Assembly (NCBI GenBank): GCA_007123105.1 | Contig: SKNY01000065.1 | Coordinates: 1 to 47,097, forward strand | Origin: Salinarchaeum sp. | GTDB taxonomy: Archaea; Halobacteriota; Halobacteria; Halobacteriales; SKNY01 | DNA length: 47,097 bases | Direction of reading: 5' to 3' | Shown: positions 1-9,103 of the stretch, in pieces | Numbering within the stretch: the stretch's first letter is position 1 | Layout: the number at the start of each line of letters is the position of its first letter | Translations under genes and position numbers: made by a program | The notes under the pieces: generated by a model | The model's input: only the letters and a program-made list of their open reading frames with translations | Told to the model about the DNA's origin: nothing | Database searches by the model: none

Positions 1-618
1 ACACTCTTTTTCTGTGCCGGGGCGATTCACGTCGAGACCCACACGGACAACATCAGCGAGATGGCCGGTATCGGTCGGCGCATGCCGTTGACGATGACGG
101 CGTTTACCGTCGGTGCCGCTGGGATGGCCGGCATTCCACTCGTTGCCGGATTCGTCAGCAAGTTCTACCTGCTGGTCGGTGGCATTGGAGCCGGCGGATT
201 CGGGAGTGTCGGAGCCGACGCAGCCGTCCTGTCACCAACCCTGGCGGCCATCTTCGCCGGATCGCTCATCGTCTCCGGTATATTGAATATCGCCTACTTC
301 TGGCCGATCGTCTACACGGCGTTTTTCGAGACGCCGGAGGCACACGATCCAAAGCCGTTGCTCGAGCACCCGATCGGCGGTCGGGAACGGGCAGTGACTG
401 ACGGAGGTCCAACCCACGGATCCGATAGCGACCATCACCACCACGGTGGTGCACCGGCTGGCGGATGGGAGGCCCGCACACCATGGACCGAGAGTACGTG
501 GCTGATGATCGTGCCAATCGGTCTGCTTGCGGTCGGTGCGCTTGTCCTCGGAACCGTTCCGAACACGGCTGTGTTCCTCGATCTCGTGATCTACATCGTG
601 GAGGTGGTCGACCCATGA
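1..618 (+). CDS. Mrp/Mnh cation:proton antiporter subunit D-like protein, C-terminal part (5' truncated by the window)
   Basis: Open frame from base 1 (TLFFCAGAIHVETHTDNISEMAGIGRRMP...GIPLVAGFVSKFYL) matches proton-conducting membrane transporter (NuoL/M/N-MrpD) motifs; hydrophobic helices. Confidence 0.85.
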   Translation, partial: TLFFCAGAIHVETHTDNISEMAGIGRRMPLTMTAFTVGAAGMAGIPLVAGFVSKFYLLVGGIGAGGFGSVGADAAVLSPTLAAIFAGSLIVSGILNIAYFWPIVYTAFFETPEAHDPKPLLEHPIGGRERAVTDGGPTHGSDSDHHHHGGAPAGGWEARTPWTESTWLMIVPIGLLAVGALVLGTVPNTAVFLDLVIYIVEVVDP

Positions 619-2405
619 TGGAGCTCGCAACGGCTCTTCCGCCGTGGCTGCCGATCATAATCGGTGCGGGATTACTCCTGGTGCTCCCCCGGGCGGTGGG
701 ATATACGGTGGCTGGAATATCGGTCGCAACGCTCGTACCGCTCTCGCTGGTGGCACCTGCAGGAGCGCACCTCACTGTCGGGTTCCTGGGATTCGAGTCG
801 ACGTTCCTCTACGTGGACGAGGCGACGAGGCTGCTCGGGCTTGGCTTTGGCATTTTAGGTACGGCTGCCGTCTGGTATGCCTACGCGAGCGGCCTCAGCC
901 GTCGGTCCGGTGCCATTGCACTGGCGTACGTGGCAACCACGATCGGCGTCGTCTTTGCGGGCGACTGGTTGAGCATGGTGTTCTTCTGGGAGTTGATGGC
1001 CATTACGAGCACGGTGCTCGTGTGGGCGTACGGCGGTGCGGCCATCAGGGCTGGCTATCGCTACGCGATTGCTCATGGGATTGGCGGCAGTTTGGTCTTG
1101 TTTGCGGTGACCTGGCATTATGTCGCAGTCGAGACCTTCGCCTTCGGCGCGATAGTCGACGGGATCGCACCGGGTGGTCCAGCGCTACTTGCCGTCCTCG
1201 GTATTGGCGTCAACTGCGGGTTCATCGGTCTCCACACGTGGCTGCCCGACACGTACCCCCGTCCACACGTTGCCTCGAGTGTGTTCCTGTCGGTCTTTAC
1301 GACGAAGACGAGTGCGTACATGCTCTTTCGCGCGTTCCCCGATGGCGATCTGTTGATCGCGTACATGGGCGGGTTGATGGCCGTATACGGGGTCGTCTTT
1401 GCCCTCCTCCAACATGACATGCGGGCACTATTGTCCTATCACATCCAGGCCCAGGTCGGCTATATGGTCGCCGGCATCGGGATCGGTTCTGCGATCGGGA
1501 TTGCCGGGGCGCTCGGACACGTCTTTAACAATATCATGTACAAGGCGCTGTTGTTCATGGCGGTCGGTGTCATCATCCTCCGGACGGGCGAGCACGATCT
1601 CTATCGGCTCGGTGGACTCTGGCGGGAGATGCCCGTGACCGCGGGAGCCTTCGCGCTCGGTGCCCTCTCGATTACCGCGGTGCCCGGAACGAATGGGTTC
1701 ATCAGCAAAGGCATGCTGCTCGATGCAGCTGATCCGGCGTATTACGGTGCACCCGAATTCCACGCCCTCTACTGGTTGCTGATGATCGGCGCAGTCGGTA
1801 CGTTCCTCTCGTTCATCAAGCTCGGCTATTATGCATTCCTACACGGTCCAGCTACGGTGACAGTCACTGACGCGACACCGGGCCAATCGATCGCCATGCT
1901 CTCGATAGGAGCCGTGTGTATCGGGTTTGGTGTGTTCTGGCAGGCGTTCGTTGGCATCCTCCCCGGGGGCGAGGCCCTCATTGTCGAGGGAAGCGCAAAC
2001 CCCTACAGCGTTGGCCATCTCATCGATGCGGTCGGCCTGCTCGTGGTGAGTGTCATCGGATTTGCCGTGATTCGGAAGCCACTCAGCAGCGTCGGTCACG
2101 TGCGAGACGTGGATCGATGGCTCAATCCACTCCTGTTTTACACTGGCAAGGGGTCGATGCTCGCGATCACCGAATTGTATGCTGCAGTCGATCGGCTCGT
2201 CGTTCGGTTGGTAGTCCTCTCCTACTGGATTGCCAACAATCCGGTGACGACCGCTCGTCGAGTCGGTCTCACACCGGCTGATTCGGTTGCGGCAAACGGT
2301 GGTCGGCCATCAACGATTCCAATCCGTGCAAGCATCGGCACCACGGTCCTAGTGATCACGGTAGTTCTGACGCTCGTGCTGTTCATCCTCCTCTCATTTA
2401 CCTGA
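615..2405 (+). CDS. Na+/H+ antiporter subunit D (MrpD family)
   Basis: Motifs FFWELMA, GLHTWLPDTYP, LLSYHIQAQVGYM, HVFNNIMYKALLF; start at ATG 615 or 618 overlaps the upstream stop (ATGATG); the ORF-track start at 465 is too long. Confidence 0.88.
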   Translation: MMELATALPPWLPIIIGAGLLLVLPRAVGYTVAGISVATLVPLSLVAPAGAHLTVGFLGFESTFLYVDEATRLLGLGFGILGTAAVWYAYASGLSRRSGAIALAYVATTIGVVFAGDWLSMVFFWELMAITSTVLVWAYGGAAIRAGYRYAIAHGIGGSLVLFAVTWHYVAVETFAFGAIVDGIAPGGPALLAVLGIGVNCGFIGLHTWLPDTYPRPHVASSVFLSVFTTKTSAYMLFRAFPDGDLLIAYMGGLMAVYGVVFALLQHDMRALLSYHIQAQVGYMVAGIGIGSAIGIAGALGHVFNNIMYKALLFMAVGVIILRTGEHDLYRLGGLWREMPVTAGAFALGALSITAVPGTNGFISKGMLLDAADPAYYGAPEFHALYWLLMIGAVGTFLSFIKLGYYAFLHGPATVTVTDATPGQSIAMLSIGAVCIGFGVFWQAFVGILPGGEALIVEGSANPYSVGHLIDAVGLLVVSVIGFAVIRKPLSSVGHVRDVDRWLNPLLFYTGKGSMLAITELYAAVDRLVVRLVVLSYWIANNPVTTARRVGLTPADSVAANGGRPSTIPIRASIGTTVLVITVVLTLVLFILLSFT

Positions 2406-2472
2406 AAGCCAGTGGATTGATCAATCGGTGAACGAACCGGTGGGGTGTCCAAACCGATTCATCACGTCCAAA

Positions 2473-3750
2473 TTAGGCATCCACTGGTGCGATGTCGAGT
2501 TCTGGAAACGTAGCGACGTGGACACTGATCGGTCGTTTTACCACGTGTTCGACGTGGTGGCCGATGATCGTCGGGACGTCGTGTCGGGCCGCCACATCCA
2601 GTTCGACTTGCGTGATCGGTCCGTTGATCAACACCGTCTGGCAGGCGTCATGTTCGTCAAGCCGAGCAGCGAGCTCATCTCGGGACGCTTCGACGAGTTG
2701 GTGAGCGCCTTCATCAAGCAACAGAATTGTGTCTGGGTCGGCATCGAGGATGGCTGCCGCAGCTGCCTCGATCGATTCGTCCGCAACATGTTCGTGGACA
2801 CAATCTTCGGCCTCGGGTTCCTCCGGCGTCTCGGTGGACGCGGTGTCAGAGCCAGATGGTACCGCGTCGACCCCGTCCTCCCGCGGTTCGAGGGTGCCAG
2901 AAGGAGGTTCCATCGTTGGGACCACCTGGTCGTAATCGTCAATTGCGGCCGGTGACGGCTCGTAAGGGACACGTTCGGCAAGCGCTTCCCGGATCTCGGC
3001 TCCGCTCAACTCCTCGACCACCTCGCCGGGGGGTGCAAACGTCACATAATCGACGTCGCCGACCTGGGCGAGCTCAAGCAACAGAAGATTCCCGCCACGG
3101 TCGCCATCGAAAAACGCGGTAACCGTATGGGCTTCCGTCAACGACGCGATCTCATCGGGAACGTTAGTACCCTCGACGCCGACCACGTGGTCGATGCCGT
3201 ACCGGAGCAATCGACGGACATCAGAACGCCCCTCTACAACGATGAGTTCGTCGGTCTCCCCGACGGCCGGTCCGGCAGGATATCCATGGAAATCGGCGAG
3301 TTCGACGGGCATTGTCGTCTCCCGGACGACCGTGACGAGATCCCGACCGGCGATGCCGATGTCATCGAATCCGTCCTCAATCAGCTCCGTTGCTCGATCA
3401 ACGATGTGACGGCGTTTTGCGGCGCGGACGTCTTCAATTCGTTCGACTTCAACTGATGCATAACACGGACCGATCCGGTCGATCGTTTCAAGTGACGCAG
3501 CGAGTACGGCCGTTTCCACCCGATCCATCGTCGTCCCGATGATGATGGTGCCGGTCGACACTCCATTCTCACTCTCGACTTCGACCTGCATGCGCCCGAC
3601 GCGTCCCGCCGCCTGGGACGAGCGGAGTTCGAGATCGTTACCGAGGAGTCCATCAGTTTGACCGAAAATGGCCCCAACGACATCGCTTCGTTCGATGACG
3701 CCGCTCGCGGTGATGCGGGCGACGATGTGATAGGTTGCAGCATCAGTCAT
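2473..3750 (-). CDS. dnaG: Archaeal DnaG-type primase (TOPRIM)
   Basis: N-terminal GVIERSDVVGAIFGQTDGLLG, TOPRIM IVVEGRSDV and FFDGDRGG; start trimmed to ATG at 3750. Confidence 0.92.
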   Translation of the reverse strand: MTDAATYHIVARITASGVIERSDVVGAIFGQTDGLLGNDLELRSSQAAGRVGRMQVEVESENGVSTGTIIIGTTMDRVETAVLAASLETIDRIGPCYASVEVERIEDVRAAKRRHIVDRATELIEDGFDDIGIAGRDLVTVVRETTMPVELADFHGYPAGPAVGETDELIVVEGRSDVRRLLRYGIDHVVGVEGTNVPDEIASLTEAHTVTAFFDGDRGGNLLLLELAQVGDVDYVTFAPPGEVVEELSGAEIREALAERVPYEPSPAAIDDYDQVVPTMEPPSGTLEPREDGVDAVPSGSDTASTETPEEPEAEDCVHEHVADESIEAAAAAILDADPDTILLLDEGAHQLVEASRDELAARLDEHDACQTVLINGPITQVELDVAARHDVPTIIGHHVEHVVKRPISVHVATFPELDIAPVDA

Positions 3751-3857
3751 CGGGAGACCCCTCGGTAGTGTCGATTTCTGATACTCGCCGGGACGGAAAA
3801 GTTGTATCGGTCCTGCTACCCGCATACAGCAGTTCCCGCCGGAGGCGTTCACTAGGG

Positions 3858-3863
3858 GTTAAG
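3858..3863 (+). promoter_or_regulatory. Probable TATA box (GTTAAG) for a leaderless transcript of the 3887 gene
   Basis: AT-rich hexamer 24-29 nt upstream of the ATG, the usual haloarchaeal spacing. Confidence 0.5.
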
Positions 3864-3886
3864 AATCTCCCCGGCGGAATACCGGT

Positions 3887-4795
3887 ATGCAGACCCACAT
3901 CGTCCCGGTCGGGTTTGATTACGACCGGCTCATTGCGCCGCTCGTCCGGGATCGGATGGAGGTTGATCGGGTAATTTTGCTCCAAGGACCGGTCGGTAGC
4001 GAGGCAAATGTCGAGTACTCCCGTCACGTCACTCAGAAACTAGAAACCGATTTCCACAATCTGTTGGGTGCAGAGACAGAACGACGAACGATCGAAGACG
4101 TCTACGATTACGATGCCGCCTTCGAGCACGCCTACCGACTGATTGCCGCTGAACTCGACGATGGAAACGAAGTGTGGGTCAACGTGAGCGCCATGCCACG
4201 GACGGTCAGTTTTGCGGTCGCAACGGCCGCACACTCCCTGGCTGTCGAGCGAACCGAGGAGCGCGAATCGATTCACACCTACTATACGGCACCAGAGAAG
4301 TACCTGGAAACGGAGCTGGCCGAGGAACTGCGACACGATCGGGAACTTCTTCGGACACTATCGGTAACTGACCAAGACGGCGCAATCGAGCGACGCCTCG
4401 ATCGGATCGACGCAGTACTACACGAATTCGACGAACGGGGCACGACCATCGGAGCAAAGGAGATCGACGGCCACCACATCGTTGAGTTCCCGCTTGCATC
4501 ATTCTCGAACGTCAAGCCGTTCGAAGAAGTGATTCTCTTCAAACTGGGAGAAGACGGTGAATTCCAAAGTGTGAGCGAGCTTGCAGAAGCACTGGCCCGC
4601 GAACTCGAGGAGGAATTTACCGATAGCTTTCGGTCGAAGGTCATCTACAACGTCGACCGGCTCGGCCCGGGGGGCAAGGGGTATATCGAACAGGAGGAGA
4701 CGGGTAAGGCACACCGGACACGCCTCTCCCGGATCGGAGAATTATGGGTCCGGGCTCACACGGAGGAAGAAGCCGTTCAACCAGCGGACGTGTAA
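3887..4795 (+). CDS. HFX_2341/DUF6293-type transcriptional regulator (CARF-like Rossmann N-domain plus C-terminal winged HTH)
   Basis: N-terminal MQTHIVPVGFDYDRLI, strand-helix motif VWVNVSAMPRTVSFA, C-terminal SVSELAEALA...KVIYNVDRL...KGYIEQEETGKAHRTRLSRIGELW. Confidence 0.75.
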   Translation: MQTHIVPVGFDYDRLIAPLVRDRMEVDRVILLQGPVGSEANVEYSRHVTQKLETDFHNLLGAETERRTIEDVYDYDAAFEHAYRLIAAELDDGNEVWVNVSAMPRTVSFAVATAAHSLAVERTEERESIHTYYTAPEKYLETELAEELRHDRELLRTLSVTDQDGAIERRLDRIDAVLHEFDERGTTIGAKEIDGHHIVEFPLASFSNVKPFEEVILFKLGEDGEFQSVSELAEALARELEEEFTDSFRSKVIYNVDRLGPGGKGYIEQEETGKAHRTRLSRIGELWVRAHTEEEAVQPADV

Positions 4796-4990
4796 ACTAC
4801 CCTACCCTACTTCGCTCGGTCTGGCGACCTCGCTCGTTGAGGGCAGGACTTTCGCGTGGACTCCCGTTCTATGCCACCGTCCGTGGTAGCGGGAGGACGT
4901 ACTCCCCCACTTCCATTCAACGTCCCGCGATTCAAGCGCACGTTTACGGGCGCGCCTCCGTCGGCTGCGTTTTGCCTCCGACGGAGATAC
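4772..4990 (-). ncRNA. Predicted omegaRNA/reRNA (haloarchaeal sotRNA-like) overlapping the tnpB 3' end, plus flanking guide
   Basis: Inferred from the known TnpB architecture (scaffold = tnpB 3' end plus right end; guide = about 16-20 nt beyond the right end); 5' boundary is a guess. Confidence 0.5.
4801..4847 (-). repeat. Right-end subterminal hairpin of the IS605-family element
   Basis: Minus strand CCTGCCCT-caacgagcga-GGTC-gcca-GACC-gagcgaagt-AGGGTAGG, followed by gtagTTTAC. Confidence 0.75.
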
Positions 4991-6083
4991 CGATAGCCGA
5001 TGTTCTTCGCCGCGTTGTAATCCGCGTGGTTCTGATACCCGCACTTCAGACATTCGAGGTGATCGCCGTCACGGTTGTCCTTGTAGTACAGCCGCACGTC
5101 GAACAGCGTTGGGACGTGTGGTTCGGCGGGACTCGCACGGCTTCGATGCCGCACTCTGTCGCTTTGTACTCGACGTATTGGAACAACCGACGGAACGCCC
5201 AGACGTGTTGCCACGTTGCTTGCGGGATGTGCTCGCGGATATGCGTTAAGTCCTCGAAGACGATGTGCGAACAGCCGGATTCGACGGCTTCCTCGGTGAG
5301 TTCGTTCGCTACGCCATGCAGGTATATCTCGAAGCGTCCGTACTCCTTGCGACCGACGCCTTCGATGGCTTCGTGTGCCGCTCGCGTCCCGGTCTGTTGC
5401 AGCGAGCCACGGTGCTTCTCGTACTCCCGTCGCCAATGGTTGAACTCACCGGCGGACCAAAACGTGCCGGTTGACGAAACGGCGAGATTGTTCACACCAA
5501 GGCCCACACCGAGGACTGTCCTGTGCTCGGTGTCGGGTTCGGGGCCGTCGGCTTCGACCTTTCGCATCGAGGCATGCAGGAACCACACACCGGTTCGACG
5601 CTGTAGGTTCGCCATGCGGAACTCGTAGCCCTCGTCTTCGAGGTAGGTCCGTGGATGACGCTCAGGGTCGTCGGGAAGGATGTAGTCGCACGCGACGCGC
5701 CCGTTGACGGTCGAAAGCGAAACGTGGTCGCGGTGGAACGTCGCGCTTCGTTTGTCGTAGACCGCGCTATCGGCGGAGAATGAGGGTTGCGACGTTCGTT
5801 CACCGCGTTTCAGCCGTGCGACACCGCTCTTGACGGCTTCGACCGCTCGGCGGACTCCATTCTGCACGAGATTCGCGGTAAGGTCGGTTTCGGCACGCAG
5901 TTGGTCGTACAAGGCACGTTCGGCTTTGGCCATTGAGGTAACGTGGTATCCGTCGTCACCATGCCAACACCATTTGCTCGCGGTGTTTGCACAGTGTTTG
6001 AATTGCTCGACCGTCTCGCGAAGGGACGCATCGGCGTCCTGAGGCACGTCGAGCTTGATTACGGCGGTACGACGGTATTCCAC
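4807..6083 (-). pseudogene. tnpB: TnpB RNA-guided endonuclease, frameshifted and RuvC-I mutated
   Basis: RuvC-I VLGVGLGVNNLAV (D>G, codon 5502-5504), Ruv[19 protein letters not shown]; the second CxxC and RuvC-III ([19 protein letters not shown]) lie in another frame after an apparent 1-nt deletion near 5085. Confidence 0.88.
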
Positions 6084-6171
6084 GACGTTTCACATAATGT
6101 GGTGGTGTTCCGTAAACATCTGGGAGCGGGACTGCCTGATAACTTGGTTCGTTGCGGAGTTCTCGGCTCTT

Positions 6172-6216
6172 CCCCGCCCAACTCCGTTCGCTTCGCTCAC
6201 TCCGTTGAGGAAGGGG
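6172..6216 (-). repeat. Left-end subterminal hairpin of the IS605-family element
   Basis: Minus strand CCCCTTCCT-caacggagtgagcgaagcgaacggagtt-GGGCGGGG; shares the CCTCAACG...GAGCGA...GAGT(A/T)GGG-like pattern with the right end. Confidence 0.7.
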
Positions 6217-6907
6217 CCTCCGCCTCGCAATTTAGGTGAACACTCCGCCCCCGTTCTATGCGCGTTAAAAATGCGAGGACCGTAATCCAGATCGTCAGTA
6301 CCACCGCAGCCACGGCGAGGAAATCCCCGGCCGTGGCGTTTAACCAGAGTTCGGCCTCCCGGTCGGTTGGGACCCAGGTGTGGTGGGGACCACCGACGAT
6401 CGGCACGAAGAAGTCGACGATCAAGTCGAAGGTGTACCACGTCAACGCGCCGATAATCGCCCAGGGTGGAAACCGCGCGTAGTGCTGGATCAAAAAGGCC
6501 TGGGCAACCATGAGCAGGTGGCTCCAGAAGAGAAAGTGGAACATCTCTGGATCGAGGTATGAAAAGTCCTCTCGGAAGACCAGCAGGGTGTAGGGAGTCC
6601 ACAGCCCGAGCTTGATGTTCCCATAAAACGCGAGAAGGTTGATCAACTCATTTGATCGGCCGAGCCGCCAGAGCGCCAGGCTAGCTGCCATAAACAGCGT
6701 GGCAAGCGGACTATCGGGAACCCACGGCCACATCACCAGCGGCGTGTCGGCAAGCTGGAAACGATAGTACCAGAACCCGAACGCCGTTCCGATGAGGTTG
6801 ATCACCACGATCGGCCACGCAAATCGCAGCGCGAGGGCCTCGATCCGACCAGGTAACGGCGCCACCACCCGGGATCTCACCTCCGCAAGCAACCGGGGAG
6901 CGCCCAT
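6197..6907 (-). CDS. DUF1405-type membrane protein
   Basis: Motifs INLIGTAFGFWYY, WPWVPDSPLATLF, FLFWSHLLMVAQA; the last 10 codons run into the IS left end. Confidence 0.8.
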   Translation of the reverse strand: MGAPRLLAEVRSRVVAPLPGRIEALALRFAWPIVVINLIGTAFGFWYYRFQLADTPLVMWPWVPDSPLATLFMAASLALWRLGRSNELINLLAFYGNIKLGLWTPYTLLVFREDFSYLDPEMFHFLFWSHLLMVAQAFLIQHYARFPPWAIIGALTWYTFDLIVDFFVPIVGGPHHTWVPTDREAELWLNATAGDFLAVAAVVLTIWITVLAFLTRIERGRSVHLNCEAEAPSSTE

Positions 6908-6990
6908 GATGGCGACTGTTCACGTTCATGCTTATCGGTGCCGATCCCTGACTGCATAACACCTTAACCCCCCGTACCCCATCTTTGGGT

Positions 6991-7899
6991 ATGGAAGAAG
7001 CAGTGGAGTTGGACGAGCTTCGCCGTGGGACGGAGCTTATTAAACGCGGCTTTGCCCAGATGCAACAGGGTGGCGTCATCATGGACGTGGTGAACGCAGA
7101 ACAAGCCCAAATCGCCGAAGATGCGGGTGCCGTTGCGGTCATGGCCCTCGAGGCCGTGCCAGCCGACATTCGGAAACGCGGAGGCGTCGCACGAATGGCC
7201 GATCCGTCGGATGTCGAGGAGATAATCGAGGCCGTCTCCATCCCGGTGATGGGCAAGGCCAGAATCGGTCACACGATGGAAGCCAGGATTCTCGAGGCGA
7301 TTGGTGTCGACATGATCGACGAATCCGAGGTACTCACCCCGGCCGACGACGCCTATCACATCGATAAGCGGGACTTCACTGTCCCGTTCGTCTGCGGAGC
7401 TCGTAGCCTCGGGGAGGCACTCCGACGCATCGATGAGGGGGCCGCCATGATCCGAACGAAAGGCGAGGCCGGAACCGGTGACGTCAACCAGGCTGTCCAT
7501 CACCAACGAACGATCGCCGGTGAAATCGGGCGGCTTGAAGGAGTTGACTATCAGGCGCGGACGGCCTACGCCCACGAGATCGACGCGCCGCCATCGTTGG
7601 TCCATGAGGTCGCCGAGCGCGGGCGGCTGCCGGTCGTCAACTTCGCGGCAGGCGGAATCGCGACACCAGCCGATGCAGCGTTGATGATGCATCATGGGGT
7701 AGACGGCGTTTTCGTTGGGAGCGGAATTTTCGGGGCAGAGGATCCCGAGGCGATGGCAGACGCCATTGTCACCGCCGTCACGCATTGGGACGATCCGGAC
7801 CGGCTCGCAGAAGTGAGCGCTGCGGCGGGGAGCGGGATGACCGGGACGGCAAACGTTGACTTGCCCGAGGAGGAACAGCTCCAATACCGTGGCAACTGA
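6991..7899 (+). CDS. pdxS: Pyridoxal 5'-phosphate synthase lyase subunit
   Basis: [49 protein letters not shown]; TATA-like CTTAAC at 6963-6968. Confidence 0.97.
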   Translation: MEEAVELDELRRGTELIKRGFAQMQQGGVIMDVVNAEQAQIAEDAGAVAVMALEAVPADIRKRGGVARMADPSDVEEIIEAVSIPVMGKARIGHTMEARILEAIGVDMIDESEVLTPADDAYHIDKRDFTVPFVCGARSLGEALRRIDEGAAMIRTKGEAGTGDVNQAVHHQRTIAGEIGRLEGVDYQARTAYAHEIDAPPSLVHEVAERGRLPVVNFAAGGIATPADAALMMHHGVDGVFVGSGIFGAEDPEAMADAIVTAVTHWDDPDRLAEVSAAAGSGMTGTANVDLPEEEQLQYRGN

Positions 7900-8113
7900 C
7901 GATCAACGAAGTTCCCTCCAGCTTGTAGGGATCGCATTGCTATTCGGGATTCCAGTCGGAATTGGAATTGCCATCGCGGTGTTCCGAGTGACCGGCGGCG
8001 CAGCCACGATGTGGTCGGTGGTCACCGGTCTTGCCGCCGGGCTCGCACTAGTCGTTGCAATCGTCATTATCGGCACAACGGGGTCGGTTGATCCCGATTT
8101 CGATCACTTGTAA
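7889..8113 (+). CDS. Small two-helix membrane protein, hypothetical
   Basis: GTG start overlapping the pdxS end; two hydrophobic segments and an acidic tail. Confidence 0.6.
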   Translation: MATDDQRSSLQLVGIALLFGIPVGIGIAIAVFRVTGGAATMWSVVTGLAAGLALVVAIVIIGTTGSVDPDFDHL

Positions 8114-8982
8114 ACGGTTGCACCTGGTCCGACTGTTGTCTGATACGCCCGTGCGTCGACGTCATGTGCGGCGAACGCATCCACCATCGCCCCGCCAATC
8201 CCCCGCTGATGTCGATGGTGACAAGCCGCAATCACTGTCGGTCCCGCACCGCTTACCGTTACCCCAGTGGCGCCGTTCGCGAGAGCAGCGTCCCGGACAT
8301 CAGGATATCCATCGATCAGTGCCGCGCGTTCGGGGGTGACGATGTGGTCTTCCATTCCCTGACCGACGAGAACGGGATCGTTTCGCATCATGCCGGCAGT
8401 GAGCGTTGCCGCCCGACCGACGGTGTCGATGACGTCTGCGATCGTTGCCCGATCTGGAACGACGTTCCTCGCGTCACGGGTCGAGACGACGATGTCTGGC
8501 AGGCAAGCGACGACCGGGATCGAAGCGTCGATCTGAGTGACGACCTCCTCGGTGGCAATCGTAAAACCGCCCAAAATGGCAGGGGCAACGTTATCGACGT
8601 GTGCCGTACCCGAGACGAGTGCTTCGCCTTGGGCTGCGTACGGGATCAGGTCGCGATAGTTCAGGCCGAGGTCGTACAGTTCGTTCAGTCCGATGGCCGT
8701 CGCTGCTGCGCTCGCAGCAGACGAGCCGAGCCCGGATGCAGGACGTACGCCTTTGTCGATTTCGATGTGGGCGGTCACGTCGAGCGCCTGGGCGACTGCA
8801 CCTGCCGTGTTCCGATCCGGATCCTCAGGGATGAATTCACTCCCGACTCCGGACATCGTGATCGTCGTTTCGGCGGCCTCCGAAACATGGACCACATCGG
8901 CGGGTCGACCGAGTGCGGCGCCGAATACGTCGTATCCGCTGCCGAGATTGGCGCTCGTCGCCGGCACTCGCACCGTTACCAT
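8104..8982 (-). CDS. thrB: Homoserine kinase
   Basis: VRVPATSANLGSGYD, GHMP motif PASGLGSSAASA, HVDNVAPAILGG, VSGAGPT. Confidence 0.96.
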   Translation of the reverse strand: MVTVRVPATSANLGSGYDVFGAALGRPADVVHVSEAAETTITMSGVGSEFIPEDPDRNTAGAVAQALDVTAHIEIDKGVRPASGLGSSAASAAATAIGLNELYDLGLNYRDLIPYAAQGEALVSGTAHVDNVAPAILGGFTIATEEVVTQIDASIPVVACLPDIVVSTRDARNVVPDRATIADVIDTVGRAATLTAGMMRNDPVLVGQGMEDHIVTPERAALIDGYPDVRDAALANGATGVTVSGAGPTVIAACHHRHQRGIGGAMVDAFAAHDVDARAYQTTVGPGATVYK

Positions 8983-9103
8983 GAACCAGAAAACCCGCAG
9001 GATCCTGAAAAAGCTAGCGAACCGCTATATCCGCCGACTGGTAGTGGCGGAAAGTTGGATCTGCCAGTCAGATCGACCGAAGAGCAAGGGCTCATCGGTT
9101 CGA

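Larger units (their letters stand above)
4792..6235 (-). mobile_element. IS200/IS605-family, IS1341-type (tnpB only) non-autonomous insertion
   Basis: tnpB flanked by two related imperfect subterminal hairpins (4801-4847 and 6172-6216); no tnpA, no terminal IRs, no TSD; removing 4792-6235 gives clean stop codons for both flanking genes. Confidence 0.8.

Noticed and set aside
5075-5100. Programmed ribosomal frameshift in tnpB
   Set aside because: No slippery heptamer or homopolymer run at the site; a simple 1-nt deletion explains it
4744-5628. 294-aa plus-strand ORF across tnpB as a possible second transposon gene
   Set aside because: Antisense shadow of tnpB; no HUH/Y1 or serine recombinase motifs
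6991-7899. pdxS without an adjacent pdxT
   Set aside because: Unlinked pdxS and pdxT are common; nothing can be concluded from one window
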